From Marsupella aquatica (Eukaryota > Plantae > Marchantiophyta): DNA of 64,000 nt. The translations under genes were made by a program, and so were the position numbers. Position 1 is the stretch's first letter. Every line of letters starts with the position of its first letter. Below, one piece after another: positions 26,301-38,746 of the stretch. The stretch lies in assembly GCA_973895155.1 (NCBI GenBank), contig OZ316899.1, positions 9,732,287-9,796,286 on the forward strand. The letters run 5' to 3'. The notes under the pieces are model-generated. The model had not been told where the DNA came from, ran no database searches, and saw nothing but the letters and a program-made list of their open reading frames with translations.

Positions 26301-27226
26301 CTTTCTGAAAGGACAAGGGCAGATGTTGTTATGGTCTGTGGGAGGTTAGGGATGAGGACGGTCCAAGATTTCTGGTCTACACCCCATAACGATTGGAAGT
26401 GCCTCATTGACAGGATGCAAAGGCTACGTGGATTAACCGAGGTTAATAGGACCTGTTGCCTGGCCTTTTTTGTTGCAATTCAGAGAACTGTATTTCATGG
26501 GAACAATTTGGATTCATCTGCTAGGAAGTGGCGCTGGAATGATGTGGATTCTCAAATTAAATCTTTTGCCTTATCGAACCATAGAATCTATGAATTATTG
26601 CGCACTAAGGGATCAGACTACCTCAGACTCAACAGGATCTGGGAAGTTTCATTATCTGTTTCTGAATGGAGTGATGCCTGGAAGATACTCTAGATCTCTG
26701 ACCTCTCCTCCAAGGCTAAAACCTTTCTATGGAGGATTATTGCCCAGGGCCTCTTTTCAGGATCTAGAGCATTGCAAATTGCTAAGTCTGCTGGACTCTG
26801 TGCGCTCAGATGTGGAGTGGTGGAGAACATTGCACACATTTTCTTTCACTGTCGGCATGCACTTAACTGTTGGAATGAGGTTAGCGAATGGCTCAATGGT
26901 GAGCTTATTGACCGACCTGTGACTATTATTGGCCTCCTCTTGTCCTGTCGACGAAAATCACCTCTATGCACGCTAGTGTTTATCTGATCTATGAGATTCT
27001 TCATAGCATATGGCTAGCACGGAATGGACAAACCTTTGATCTATCCCGGAAGCGTATTTTCAACCCAATTTCAGTTATCTGTGAGACTCTAGATCATCTG
27101 TCTGCCATTGCTGCTACGGCAGGCTCTAGCCGGAAGCATACCCGACTGGTTAGTGCGGTTTCTCTCTTGGAGGGTGAAAGAGATAGAATTTTGAGGACTG
27201 GTGTTAGACAGGTAGATTCTGGATGA
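23304..27226 (+). pseudogene. L1 ORF2 (APE endonuclease, reverse transcriptase, zf-RVT)
   Basis: SWNVCGL, LQEVK, GDFN, SRLD, SDHDP; KAPGIDG, KLDFEKAFDRV, QGCPLSPLLF, LFADD; CALRC...HIFFHC. Confidence 0.95.
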
Positions 27227-30200
27227 ACATTCATTGTAGCAAAACTCTGTTAGATCTTGGTCTGTTCATAACTCTACCACCTCTTTGTGTTGACCCTGCC
27301 TAAATGTGATTGACAGGGCAGAGAATAGTTCAATAGTAGCTTGTGTTTGACAGTTTTGGATTGAGTTGCCTGCCTTGTTTGGTCTTTCGACCTCACTTAC
27401 AACTCAAGGAACTGGTTTCTTGTATGTCTTTTTTGCCCTCTTTGAGGTGTTGTTGCCTCTTTGGCCTGCTTGGTCCCCCCATCCGTGGGGTTCACGCGGA
27501 ATAAACCAACATTAAAAATAAAAATAAAAAAAGGTTCATTGCGGCTGGGGACTTTTGCCATGAACAAGTTGACTGTTTGCCAAAGAAATACAATGGAAAT
27601 ATTGTATTCGAGTTGCCTCCTGCAACTGGAGCTCTTTCAAAGGGGTCACGCCTATGCGACATGGACCGGTCGAAGGATTGCTACATCTGGACCAGAATAT
27701 TTCCTACATTAGCTAATGTTCATCCCAAGAAATATTGGAAATTTGGTAAAGTAACGTGCACTGGTTCCATTGAGTGTAGGAATAATACTTGTGACTACTT
27801 TTGACGAAAGAAAAGGAGGAACCAGAAGGCCTGGGGTGGAACCCCCAAACTTGGCGGGCAACATCATGTTGGCTCCTTCATTGACAAAGGTGGAGTTGTT
27901 TGCCAATTTTGTGATCAAGTTCTGTTTTGTGTCCAATCCTGTCCAACACGGTTATTTTACATGTACCCTCAGGTTCTAGTTGACTCATAAACCTGTACTC
28001 ACATGTCCCGCTTGGCAATTCATATGGGGATCCACAACCATCCTTCAAGAAAGGTGTTTTCTCGGAGCGCAAAGAAGATTGTTGAGGAGGTTATCAAAAA
28101 GAAATTAGAAGGAAATCCAATTTTCACCCCTGCTGGTGTAAAAAATGTTGCGACAGGGTCCTTTGTAAAGTCCTTGTGTGAAAGTATGGAAGATATTCAA
28201 GATATTGAAGAAACAAAGATATTTGAGTCGCTCATGGTAGTTTCCACACCCCAGAAGTTTGCGTCCCTCTTTCGTAGTGTTAGACAGGACCAGAAAGGTC
28301 GAGGTGAACTAGATTTTCTTGTTCGGTATCAAAGAAATATCAACATGCCTTTCCTCCAAAGGTACCTCCTACTAGGTCAAGGATCTCAAGAAGACCGTCC
28401 TCACATATTCAAGATGACTTTGATCGGCCATGGATCAGGCGTCGATCTTTTGAGACAAATGCAACCTGGTGGAAGTCTCGAAGGTGCTTGGGTAAGTTTT
28501 GATGTGATGAAATGACTCACAAAAGACTGGGTTACTTTTAGTGCGCATATTTACGATCACAACTATCGCGCTCTGTGTACCTTATTTACCTGCGAACTAA
28601 AAGCAGAGGATACAGAGTCGTTCGAGAAGGCTTGGAGACTAATGATTGAGGTGTCCAGGGAGAATGGATTAGAAAATCCGATTATTCATGGATTCATGGC
28701 GGACAATGCTCAAGCTGGTTGGCTGGCAGTCCAAAATGTTCTTTTTTGGAGGGCATCCAAACCCAGAGCGTGAGCGAATTGACGCGTTCCATTTCTACCA
28801 AGCCTTCCATTGCCATTCAATTGAAGGAGTGATTGAAGAGAGTCAAGCAGAGCATCGCAGGCTTTGGGATAAGATGCAAAATGCCCCCATGTTTGTAGAG
28901 GCTTACAGACTTTCAAGGGAGATTGATTTGTGGTGGCAGTCCGGTAACTGTGTCCCTGGGAAGCTCTAAATGCTCCAGAGTTGGATTTCATGGTGGGTCG
29001 TCAGGTGGAGGCAATGGGGAAATTTTATTCGTTTGGTAAGTTGTTTTACTTTGCTTTCCGCTCTTTAGGTATTGCTATGCTATATTCTCATTACAAAATG
29101 ATTGTATCCATAGTGTAAACTTCAAATATTACAATACCATAGCATCCTTTAATACTAGCGCCTGGCGCTATCATTTATTCAAACTATCAGATGACACAAT
29201 AGGACGCAATAAGTTGTCCCTTAATGTACATTGCCAGTTTTGACTTCTAGGTACCGACTCCACTTCTCTAGCGCCCGACGCTAGTGTTTTCTTGTTGCAT
29301 AACAGAAAATTTATTCTATGTAATTGTAGAACAAGAGTGTCAAAGAAGGGGCTAAGATTCCTAATTGTACAGGATCAGAGTCCGTGCACCCAGGTATGAA
29401 AAGCATGGGTAATGAAGAAAAAGGTTGGCCTCTTTGAGGCATGTGAAATGGACCAAAATCAAGCTATTTCTTAGGTTGTTGCTTACACTACGTATCGGAA
29501 AGGGTTGCATAGAGGAAAAGGTCCCACGATTTGGGAACTCGCTTTCCAATCAGTGGACCAGGCAGGCTCCCCCAAGTTGTATGAAGATGCAATGAATATG
29601 CTACTGTCCAACGCTGCCGAGTTTGACTTGGAGAGACGTGCACCTCTCAATGGAGACGTTGTCACCAAATCTTTGAAGAGGAAGGGACATGCATATGGTA
29701 ATATCTCGCCACAAGACTCCCATAGGCATGATAAAATCCTTGTCACCTCGCCCAATACTAGATCAATGAAAAGGAAGAATCTTAATCGCACGACGTTTGA
29801 TGCTATCCCTGGCCCCACGCCTCAAGTTAATCCTGTTGTTAATCTGTCTGGAAGTGACATTTTGGGCGGTGAAGAAGATGTCAATTTCAATACCCCTCCT
29901 GCTCGAGACCGAACGCGTTCAACGAGGCTTCCCCAGACTACTCCCTTCATGCTTCAGCAACCGTTATAAGAGTGTCCTGTCCGTGAGACCGAGGTTGCTC
30001 CAGCTGCATGGCAATTACATCAAACTTCAAAATTTGGCGCTGGTCCTCAGTGCAACAGATCATTTTCCCATAATTTTGAAAGAGACAAGTGTCACTATCG
30101 TGTGAAAAAAGTTGGATTTCCCTCACCATATGGTGTTATCAGCATTGTTGTCAAAGGACAACGCATTTTCAGGGGGAACCCATAACCAAAATGATTTGGT

Positions 30201-31547
30201 TTTGCCCAAACAATACATGTTACAGAAGCCGCCCGCGTCAAGGTGTATTGAACCTGCCCCCTTTCCCTGATGTTCTTCCCGTTTTAAAAGGGACAAATGT
30301 TTCGGAAGACAAGATGCAATATCTTCTTGAGAACGGAATCTCCCTAGTCCGTGGAAATGAACGTACAACTAGACCCCCGTCAGATTTTGATCTTCGAATC
30401 AATGTCAATATCTTTCCAGAAAATGTGAATCTTCTCGAACCCAATGTTCATCTCTGAAGCCAGAATGGGAGGAATATGGTTCCTCGGTCAGCTCTTACCC
30501 ATAGTCACATGAACAGAATTGCATTTGCAAAAAAAGAGACGATGTCCATTCAGGGAGAGTGGGATGTCGCGATTGGGAATGCATGGGGAAAGCAGTTTAA
30601 GGTGCAAACACACAAAAATATGTGGAGGCCGAATTGTTACTTTGTTCAAATTTGCATTTTCCCCACTTGATCCTGTGAGGATTTCTATTGGCGACATTCT
30701 CGGAAACATCCATATATGCCTTGCAAACATTTGTATTGGATTTTCCTTACCGTTTTCAAACTAGACGTTGAGGAATCTACATTGACCAGCCAACCAATTC
30801 TCACTGTTGGAGAGGTTATGAATTAGAGAGGCAAAATGCTCATGGTTTATAGCATGAATCATGATGATCTAGGTTGTCCTATCGGTCCAAACGGTTATAT
30901 TGATTTTGTCGTATGTCAACGGTATAGTGTTATTTATGTCGTATCATGTTTTGTTAGCGCCAGGCGCTGATAATTTTGTCGTTTAGGCTACACCGTTAAA
31001 TATCATCGTGTTGTGCTTGATGTTCTCAACGGCAACTATTTGTTTCCTTAAATACCGGTAAGCTAGCGCCAGGCGCTAGTCAAGACATTGTTCGCTTTTA
31101 TTTTGGACCATATAATACCATAGAGTTTTGGGCTGCATTCATTTTGTATTATTTTCATATATTTTGTTGCCGATTGTGGTGGGACCTACCATTTTGTGCG
31201 CATTCCTTGACATTTTTATGTATGCACCCCCTTGTTTGTGTTGGGATATGAGGTTCAATTATTATGTGGTTTAGCGATTCATGACAAGGTATCCTCCCTC
31301 ACCGCAATGGACTAACTCCAACTTTAACAATTCTAAACTCCTGATAGTGTGTTCTTTCCCCTAGTACAAGCTGTTTTTTCCTGGTAACAGCATAAGGCAA
31401 ACAGGAAAAGTATTTCCTGTTTGCCTGTTTCCTGTCTTGGCCGCTATACCCCATACCATGTACTATATAGGGAGTTATTTACACTCCCATAATCAGTGAG
31501 AAGGAAGTGAGCTTGCCGGTGTATTGGTGTCTATGGTGTGCACAATA

Positions 31548-31561
31548 CCTTATCAGCACGA
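31548..31561 (+). promoter_or_regulatory. Copia B primer-binding site (half tRNA-Ile type)
   Basis: CCTTATCAGCACGA lies directly after the 5' LTR and matches the Copia A PBS. Confidence 0.75.
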
Positions 31562-32027
31562 CTCTCCAATCTGAGCAGAATTGTTTTTCAATTACTCATC
31601 CTTCCACGGAATGAAGCTTATGGCCAGTGACTCGTAGCATGTAACAAATTTTTTTATCTAGCCATATTCATCGAATCAAGTTGCATACTTTAAATTCTTG
31701 AGTGAATCAAAATCCGTTATACATGCACGAAATCAAAATTGAAGAAATAGGAGCGCAAGCATCTGGACACCAATATACACGATAGATCCTGCACCTTCGA
31801 TCAACACAAGGAAGTTTCTCAAAATTCCTTTGCATTTGAATTATCATCTCAAGGCCAGTTTAACAACGCTGAATGAACTCGTTCATCACCAGCCCGGCCA
31901 ATTACGGTACGTGAGCTAGCGCAACGCCTCTGTATGTGAAATTTCTTCAGGCAGATCATAACTCTTTAATTCCTGAATATAACTCAATTTATATTCTGAT
32001 CATCATAAACATAGTAGACTCACGAAC

Positions 32028-33323
32028 ATGAATTCGATTGAGAAGCTTCAATTTAAGGCCCTAACCATTGATGGCGCAAATTATTTATCATGGTCACTGG
32101 ACGTTGAAGCATATCTTGCATCAAAAGACCTTAAGGATGCAATTTTAACTGATGCAGGCCTAACTTTACAGCAAAAGGCAAGAGCATTAATCTTTATACG
32201 TCACCATCTTGCAGAGCCACTCAAGATCCAATACCTAAATCAATTTAACCCCCGAATCCTCAAGGAGGATCTGAAATTAAGGTTTGATCACATGCGACTA
32301 GTTTCCCTGCTAGTCGCCCGCCATGATTGGATAAATTTGTGGGTACAAGACCATACTTCTATATCCAATTACAATGGCGAACTCTTCCAAATTATCTCAC
32401 AGCTGGCAGTCTGTGGCCACCCCGTTGGTGACAATGAGCAAATCGAATGCACCCTATCAATGTTCAGCGCAGGAAATCTACTCCTTGCATCACAATACAG
32501 AAATATGGGATTACAAAATATTCAGAGCTCATTGCTCATATGCTTCTTGCAGAGAAGCATCAATTACTCCTCCTGGAAAATGCAAAATCTTGCCTACCAG
32601 GGTCTGCCGCACCCCCACCTAAACCTGAAATCAACTTCAATTGACAAAATGATAGAGCAAGAGGCAGAGGGCGTGGAAATTGTAGGGGGAGGAGAGGACG
32701 AACCTATGGTCGAGGAAGAAATCAACAACGAGGCAGGGGCAATGATCAACCTGAAAGGGGAGGCCAAACCTTCGGAAATTTTAATCAAAGAGGCGGACAA
32801 CAAGGACGAGGTGGTGGATACAAAGATAGAGGCCGAGGGGGAGGCCGCGGAAGGGGATACAATAATTGGATAAGAGAGAACGATAACTTTGCAGAATGTT
32901 TCAGGTGCGGCACAAAAGGACACTTATAGAGAGATTGTCGAGTACCTGTCCATCTAGTCAAACTTTACAAGCAAAGCATGGAAACACCCAGTAATGAAGC
33001 CTATGGTAACTACATGAAACTACAGATAACATTGAGGACTATGCACCAGGCCAAGTAGCACCTGAGGTCCATACTGCCCGATTAGGATCTAATCCCTCTC
33101 TTTTGGACGATCACCACAATTGTATTGTTGATAGCGGCACATCTCATTCAATCCTGCGCCACAAAGACTACTTCCTCAGTATAACCCCATCCCATCGATC
33201 CATGACAACAATCACTGGATCTAATTACATAGAGGAAGGTTATGGTCCAACAAAAGTCAGATTTCCAAAGGGAACAATTATTCAAATCGACTCAGCAATT
33301 TATGCACCACGGGCCACTAGAAA
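32028..33323 (+). pseudogene. Copia B gag and protease, truncated by a deletion
   Basis: SIEKLQFKALTIDGANYLSWSLDVE, CFRCGTKGH knuckle, protease IVDSGTSH. Ends abruptly against Gypsy LTR sequence. Confidence 0.88.
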
Positions 33324-33833
33324 CCGCGTCGGCCAACTCTCCTTGGGTCCGAGTCAGTTTATCTTTGATAATCTGATTGTCAGACTGAGCGGTATCCAAC
33401 TGCCCCTACATGATGTTTAGCTCATGCCGCTTAATCCGCAGCTCATCTTGGGCTTTCTTGGCCACCTGCAGGACTTCCACCTCGGCTTCCTTCTCCCTAA
33501 GCCGCCGAATGACCTCATCCTTCTTGCTTCTCGCTTCTCTCCAAAGCCACCGCTTCTTCTAATCGGTGCTTCTCCAACCTCTCCCTCTGGTAGAAAGGTC
33601 CCTGGTCCAACTCCTCCCCAAAGATGTTGAGCGCCAGGTCCCCACACATCTCCCCATACTCTATGGCTCTATCTTTAGCATAGGTGGAGTAAGTAGAAGT
33701 CATCGGCATCAACCACCTCGGCCTTTGTTCCCAAGCCGCCTTGCAGATTTCTTCTACGGTGGCAAGAGGGTTGCTTCTTTTTTTGGCAAGCCGCCTGATG
33801 TCCTCCGGCCAATCTCCTCCTGGTAAATCTTTG

Positions 33834-36495
33834 TGTGACGCCGATGACATGGTCCTTATTCTATAATCTGAGTAACTAGGTTGCTGTATGCAAGGAGTAG
33901 CTATTGATACCGCATAACAATTAGCAAGCTGGCAAGAATAAGGGCAATCATGGTGTTAAGAGTAGGGATAAAGGTATTTCAGCTTGAACACAACCAAGGC
34001 AGACACAGTTGAGGTAGTCATTGTCAAGGCCACAAAGGAGAAGCTGGGGAAGAGAGGAGGAAGCGAGTCTCCATAACTGAATATGAAGTTGTGTGGTATG
34101 GTGATTGTTCTCATGATAAAATTTGAATGTCTTGGGTGTGTAGCTTCATTTTGTTAGTTAGGTTAGTGGTTCATAGTCTAGTCTTAGAATGTTAGGGAAA
34201 TAAAAGGCTATGTCGCGCGTGGTTGGCAACCATATCTCGTTCAATATGTCACCAAATCCGGATCTGTAAAGAGCATTGGAAAGATCTGGTCAAGGCGAGT
34301 AAAATCGATATAAAACACTCGGGAAACGGAGGTGTATTAAGGAAGATACGGCCTGATTAGTGTGACGGGTTAACTTGTGGTCGGAATTAGCGGATTCGGC
34401 TTCAGTTTCGGGTTAACCCAAGCTCGGCCACGGCTTAGCTTAGGTAAGCACGGCTTCAGCTTAGCTTAGGTAAGCACCGCTTCAGCTTATCTCAGGTAAG
34501 CACGGCTTCAGCTTAGCTCAAGTAAGCACAGCTTCAGTTTAGGCTTAACCTGGGTTCGGATTAGATTGATCCCGGGTTAGACTTAACTTGGGTTAGCCTA
34601 AACTCGGGCTCAGGTTAGCATAGGTAAGCTCGGGTTCGGGCTCAGCTTAGGTTAGCGGTTAGCGGATAGCGGGTAGCGGCCTAACCCGAGACCACGGGTT
34701 AGCTCTACTCGGGTTAGATAGGATAGCTAGGTTAGCCGAACTCGGGTTAGCTATGTAACTCGGGTTAGCGTAGCAGTGAGTACCCCCTCTCGGTTGCCGG
34801 GGCATAACTCTCTGTGTATTTGACCAAATCGGCTATAATTGACCTCGTTGGAAAGAGGAGCTCAAGCCGCTTCCAACGCTGCTATCCACGCAGCAAATGG
34901 TTGAATAGAGAAATCAGGAGAGGAGGCGCAAGCTCGCAAAAACCATGGAGGAGGGCCAAATCCGAAGTACATAGCCAATTCGAGATAGAAATAAAGTTGC
35001 GAGTTAGGGTTCAGTAGTTAGAGATAGTGGCGGCTCTGTTAGGGCTGGGATGGGGCTCCAGCAACGTAGTATCCACCCATTTGGGCTCAGTATGAGAGTA
35101 TATAGAGCAGCCCCCGATAGAGGCAGGGGGGGACTTCAGTTGTGTGATCTCACTTAGACTGAGCAGCAGGGAGGAGCTCTGTGCAAGCAAGGCTGGACTT
35201 GGACGCTGCGTGTTGGGGAGAGCTTGGTTGTGCTATTACTCAGGGAGTAATCAGCCAAGCTTCACAGCTGCAACGGGTTGCTAGGTTTGCGAGTTGGATT
35301 GTGGCTCTTTCTAGTGGGTAGCACAACTGGGTTCTTTTCCCCCGATACAGAGCCTTGGTGATAGGTGATGTATTGGTGATTGTAAACTGTGGGGAGGATG
35401 TCAATTTGATTTGTGGTGAGCACGTTAGGGAGGCTGAGACACTGATTGAGGGGCAGCAGGAGGAGCATTTACAGTTCAGTCTGGCAAGGCTACGTGATCC
35501 ATGGGGAGTCCCGGCCTTTGTCTGGTGGAGAGCACTAAGGGATCTATGGCCAGAGCGGAGCTTGCAGGGCAAGCATGAGGCCGGGCCTCATTGCAGTCTG
35601 GGGTAGATCGCCGTTAGGCCTGGTACCAGCTTTGAAGTTGAGTCAACTGTGCATGCGTAACTTGACATTCGGAAATGGAGGTGTGAGATCTGTATGTGCC
35701 CCCAAGAATGAAGTGCAGTGAAGGAGGTTGAGTTCAGGATTGAGTTTGCAAGGCAAGTACGGGATTGGTTCGAGTCCAATCTGCCGTCGCAATCTGGAGT
35801 GAGCCGGGCTCAGGTTCAGGATTGAGCTTGCATGGCAAGCACGTCGCAATCTGGAGGAGACAGCCTTTGGGCCTAGTGTTCAGATCAAGTGTTCTCAATG
35901 AACTATTGTGCACATCTTTGAATCTAATTGAGTTTTCCTCTTCGGCCTCATTTCTCTAATGGATGTGTGTGTGTGTGTGAGGCAATCTGAGTGTATGATG
36001 GGACTAGCAGCGCCACTGAGAGGTGTACAGGGTGCATTGAAGCGGGCTGGGTGAGGACTGTCATAGCTCTGATTGCTGAGAGTGGAATGGCAGAGTGGTG
36101 GGGCAATGGCTTAGAAGTCCCTAAGCTGGGAATCAGTCAAGAGTCAATGGTTTATGGGTACATTCCGGCGGCGGAATAGAAACATACCTATGACAGTAAG
36201 CATACGTATAGACCTATGCGCACCGTAGCGCTAGGCCCTGTGTGTACGGGCCCGGTATGAAGACCCCTTCTCACCAGAACTATCATGAGCACAGATCTGA
36301 TCCCCAACCTTGGTTCCTTGGGATTGAGCTTGGGTGATGTGTGATAGAGTCTTGCTATGATAGTCTGGTGTTAAGGGCATAAATTGGTGTTTACCGGCCT
36401 TCACAACATCCCTTCGTGATCCTCGGGTACAAGGAGATGGTTTTGGCACCCATAGTGACATTTTTGGTGTTAAGACCCATGTCAATCGCGTGACA
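33834..36495. mobile_element. 2.66-kb solo LTR of an unrelated family
   Basis: TGTGACGC...GCGTGACA termini and 5-bp TSD CTTTG at 33829-33833 and 36496-36500. No convincing coding region. Confidence 0.88.
34434..34770. repeat. 26-bp tandem repeat grading into a degenerate GGTTAG-rich array
   Basis: CTTAGCTTAGGTAAGCACGGCTTCAG about 4 times, then repeated CGGGTTAG/GGTTAGC motifs. Confidence 0.8.
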
Positions 36496-38746
36496 CTTTG
36501 TCCCTAGCCAGGGCTGCCCTCTCTTCCTCCCTGAGTCGCTCCTAAAAATCTTGTGCTTTCTGCTTTATGCCGTCAAAGCTTGGGGGAGCAACCTCTGGTG
36601 GGGGAGACTCGGGGCTACTCTGCTGGGTGGGGTCCCCTCAAACTACTCTTGGAAGCGTGGGGATAAATCGGCCACAGGTCCTTACTCCTAGAACATGATG
36701 ATCCGACCCATAGCCGGAGTTATCATTGCTGTAGTCCTCCACCGCCTCCTCCACTGCTTGGACTCCCTGCTTCCCCCTCTGTTCCCCTGGTCCTGCCGTG
36801 AAAACGGCCTCACAGACCACGGGCTCTTGTTCCTCCTCTGGGTTCCAGGCTTTCCTCTCCCTCTGCTCTCCGCGGGAAGGAGCCTTAGGCTGCTCTGCCT
36901 CCGATTCGGGGCTTGAGGCTCCCACATACATTCGCACTCCCGGCTTGTGTTCCGGCCTCCTTCTCTCCTTGGCTCCGGTAAAGGGGTTTTCCCTCCTGAG
37001 TCGGCTTAGGCCGGCCTCTTGGGCAGTGTCCTGTACCGGTGCCGTTGCCGTTCTCTCCTTCTCCAGCATTTTCAGCAGATTCTGCATGCCTGATTGCTGC
37101 ATCAGCAAGTCTTCTTTCCTTGGCCGAAACACCTGCTCGATCGTAGGATTGGCAGGCTGGTTGGGCTCCTCTGTTGCCGGCCTCTGCTCCGGAACCTCCT
37201 CCGGTGCCCTTGCCGATAGGGGAAGTATTGGGGCAAAGATTTGACTTCTGGCATACCTGCACAACAGCGGCATGTGATAGCCAAGCCGGGACACGCTTCC
37301 CATGCCGATCGCCTGCTGTTCCTCCTTTAAGATCTTCTTCAGTTGGTTGAGGAGGTACCCGTTGTAATCCCGTCTTGGGTCTGGCCTTTCTGCCAGGTAG
37401 ACCTGAGCCTTGCCGATCTCTGCCCTCGGCAAGTTACAATGCATGGTCACCCGCAAGAAATTGATCATCTCTCCGATATGCGGGTTGGTGGAGGTGTTCC
37501 GGAAGAAGTCATTCTTCGTTGATGGTCCTGGGAACGACCGGAACTCCTTGTCAGATAAGGTCTTCCTGGTATCAACCTTGGTCTTATTACCCATCGGCAA
37601 GCCAAACACCTTGGCAATCATCCGGGGAGTGAGATAGAAATCCTTCCCATACACCCTCATGGAATTGGTCTCGGGTTCCCATGATCCCACGAATTCTAAT
37701 AAGTCTGAGTCCGGCACCTCCGGCTTCAGCCATGGTAATCTTACAAAGGTTTCCAAGCCGGATCCGGCCATGAAGCCCTGGTACTTCTTGGTCTGCATGG
37801 CCGTAAAGCATGCATCCTCCTCCCGTGCAAAATGTAATTGCACTTCCTCTGGTAGGGTCGCCTTTCCAGGTGTCATCCTTTCTTGGAATGGCATTGATGG
37901 GATCAACCTCCTCCTCTTTGGCTTCTCCCTGCCTCCTGCTCTGCTGCTCTGCTGGCTTCCTTGGTGCCGTCGACCTTGTTCTTTTTGCCGGGGTGGCCTC
38001 TTCGTTGTTGTTTCCTTTCCTCTTCATCTCGGCTGCAGTGGATGTTTCTCCTAGCACAGTTGCCTTTGTCCACCGCTCCGTGCTACCCTTCAACTCCCAA
38101 TGCACGTTGTTGCAGCGGTTGATGGCTTCCCAAATGCCGACAATTTTGTCTTCGCAAAACAGAAGGTCATCGAGCTGATTGGCAGTAGGAGTCCACAAGA
38201 ACTCGGCCTTGATGAGTTCTCCTCCTAAGAAGGCAGACTTCTGTAGCTCTCACAGTCGAGCGAGCTCCTGCCGTTCTCGAGCTGCTCTCACCGATTCTTC
38301 ATCCTCGTAAGTCCCAATGTACTCAATTGCCCGTTCGAACAGGCATCCCCAAAAATGTGCCGCTTGATTGACGTTGCTCATACCCTCCTTGACTTGATCG
38401 TTGGTATCTGTTCCCACCCAGAGTGCTTGCCTAAGCAGCTGACAGTATTTGGCCTCCCGTAGTTGTCTGCCCAGTTCGTGCTTGCAAATGAGCCACCATT
38501 CCTCACGAGCGGTCCTTACGCCTCTCCTCCTCTGGTCTTCCCTCCCGTTGGTCACCCCTAGCCACCGATGCTTAGCGCGCCCTAACCCTAATCGTGTTCT
38601 CTCCCCCGGCATCCTTACTTCCGACCTCGGCCCGGGTTCCATAGTCACCCTTAATTGTTTATATTTTCCTTGTCTTGTTACTATACTAAGGTGTTTCCAG
38701 GGTACATTCCTGCTTTTACCATGTAAACCGGCCTAGTGATTCATGG

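Larger units (their letters stand above)
20231..27530 (+). mobile_element. Full-length L1-clade LINE (about 7.3 kb)
   Basis: 19-bp TSD AAGGTTCAT(C/T)GCGGCTGGG at 20212-20230 and 27531-27549. A-rich tail at about 27511-27530. Contains ORF1 and ORF2. Confidence 0.95.
19630..30826 (+). pseudogene. MULE transposase with GCM-like zinc domain, DDE core and SWIM finger; split by the L1
   Basis: CTGSIECRNNTC...CQFC...C...HMGIHNHP; WVSFD, GFMADNAQA, DAFH and GSESVH; SWIM-like SCEDF...PCKHLYWIF at about 30660-30745. Intron at about 29036-29329. The frame continues across the L1 TSD. Confidence 0.82.
13554..31452. mobile_element. Mutator-like (MULE) DNA transposon, about 10.6 kb excluding the L1, with two divergent genes
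   Basis: Interrupts the Copia B 5' LTR. Ends are GAGGTGTTTACAAA and ...CTATACCCC, matching the MITE ends. Flanking duplication ATACCAT (7 bp, extendable to 9 bp CATACCATG). Encodes a MULE-type DDE transposase with SWIM. Confidence 0.88.

Noticed and set aside
13711-31078. Dispersed palindromes as a CRISPR array
   Set aside because: Spacing is irregular (tens to thousands of bp), the repeat is only 15 bp, there are no cas genes, and the context is eukaryotic and intronic.
34434-34770. Interstitial telomere
   Set aside because: The motifs are degenerate, mixed in orientation and internal to a TSD-flanked LTR.
35964-35979. (TG)8 microsatellite
   Set aside because: An ordinary short repeat.
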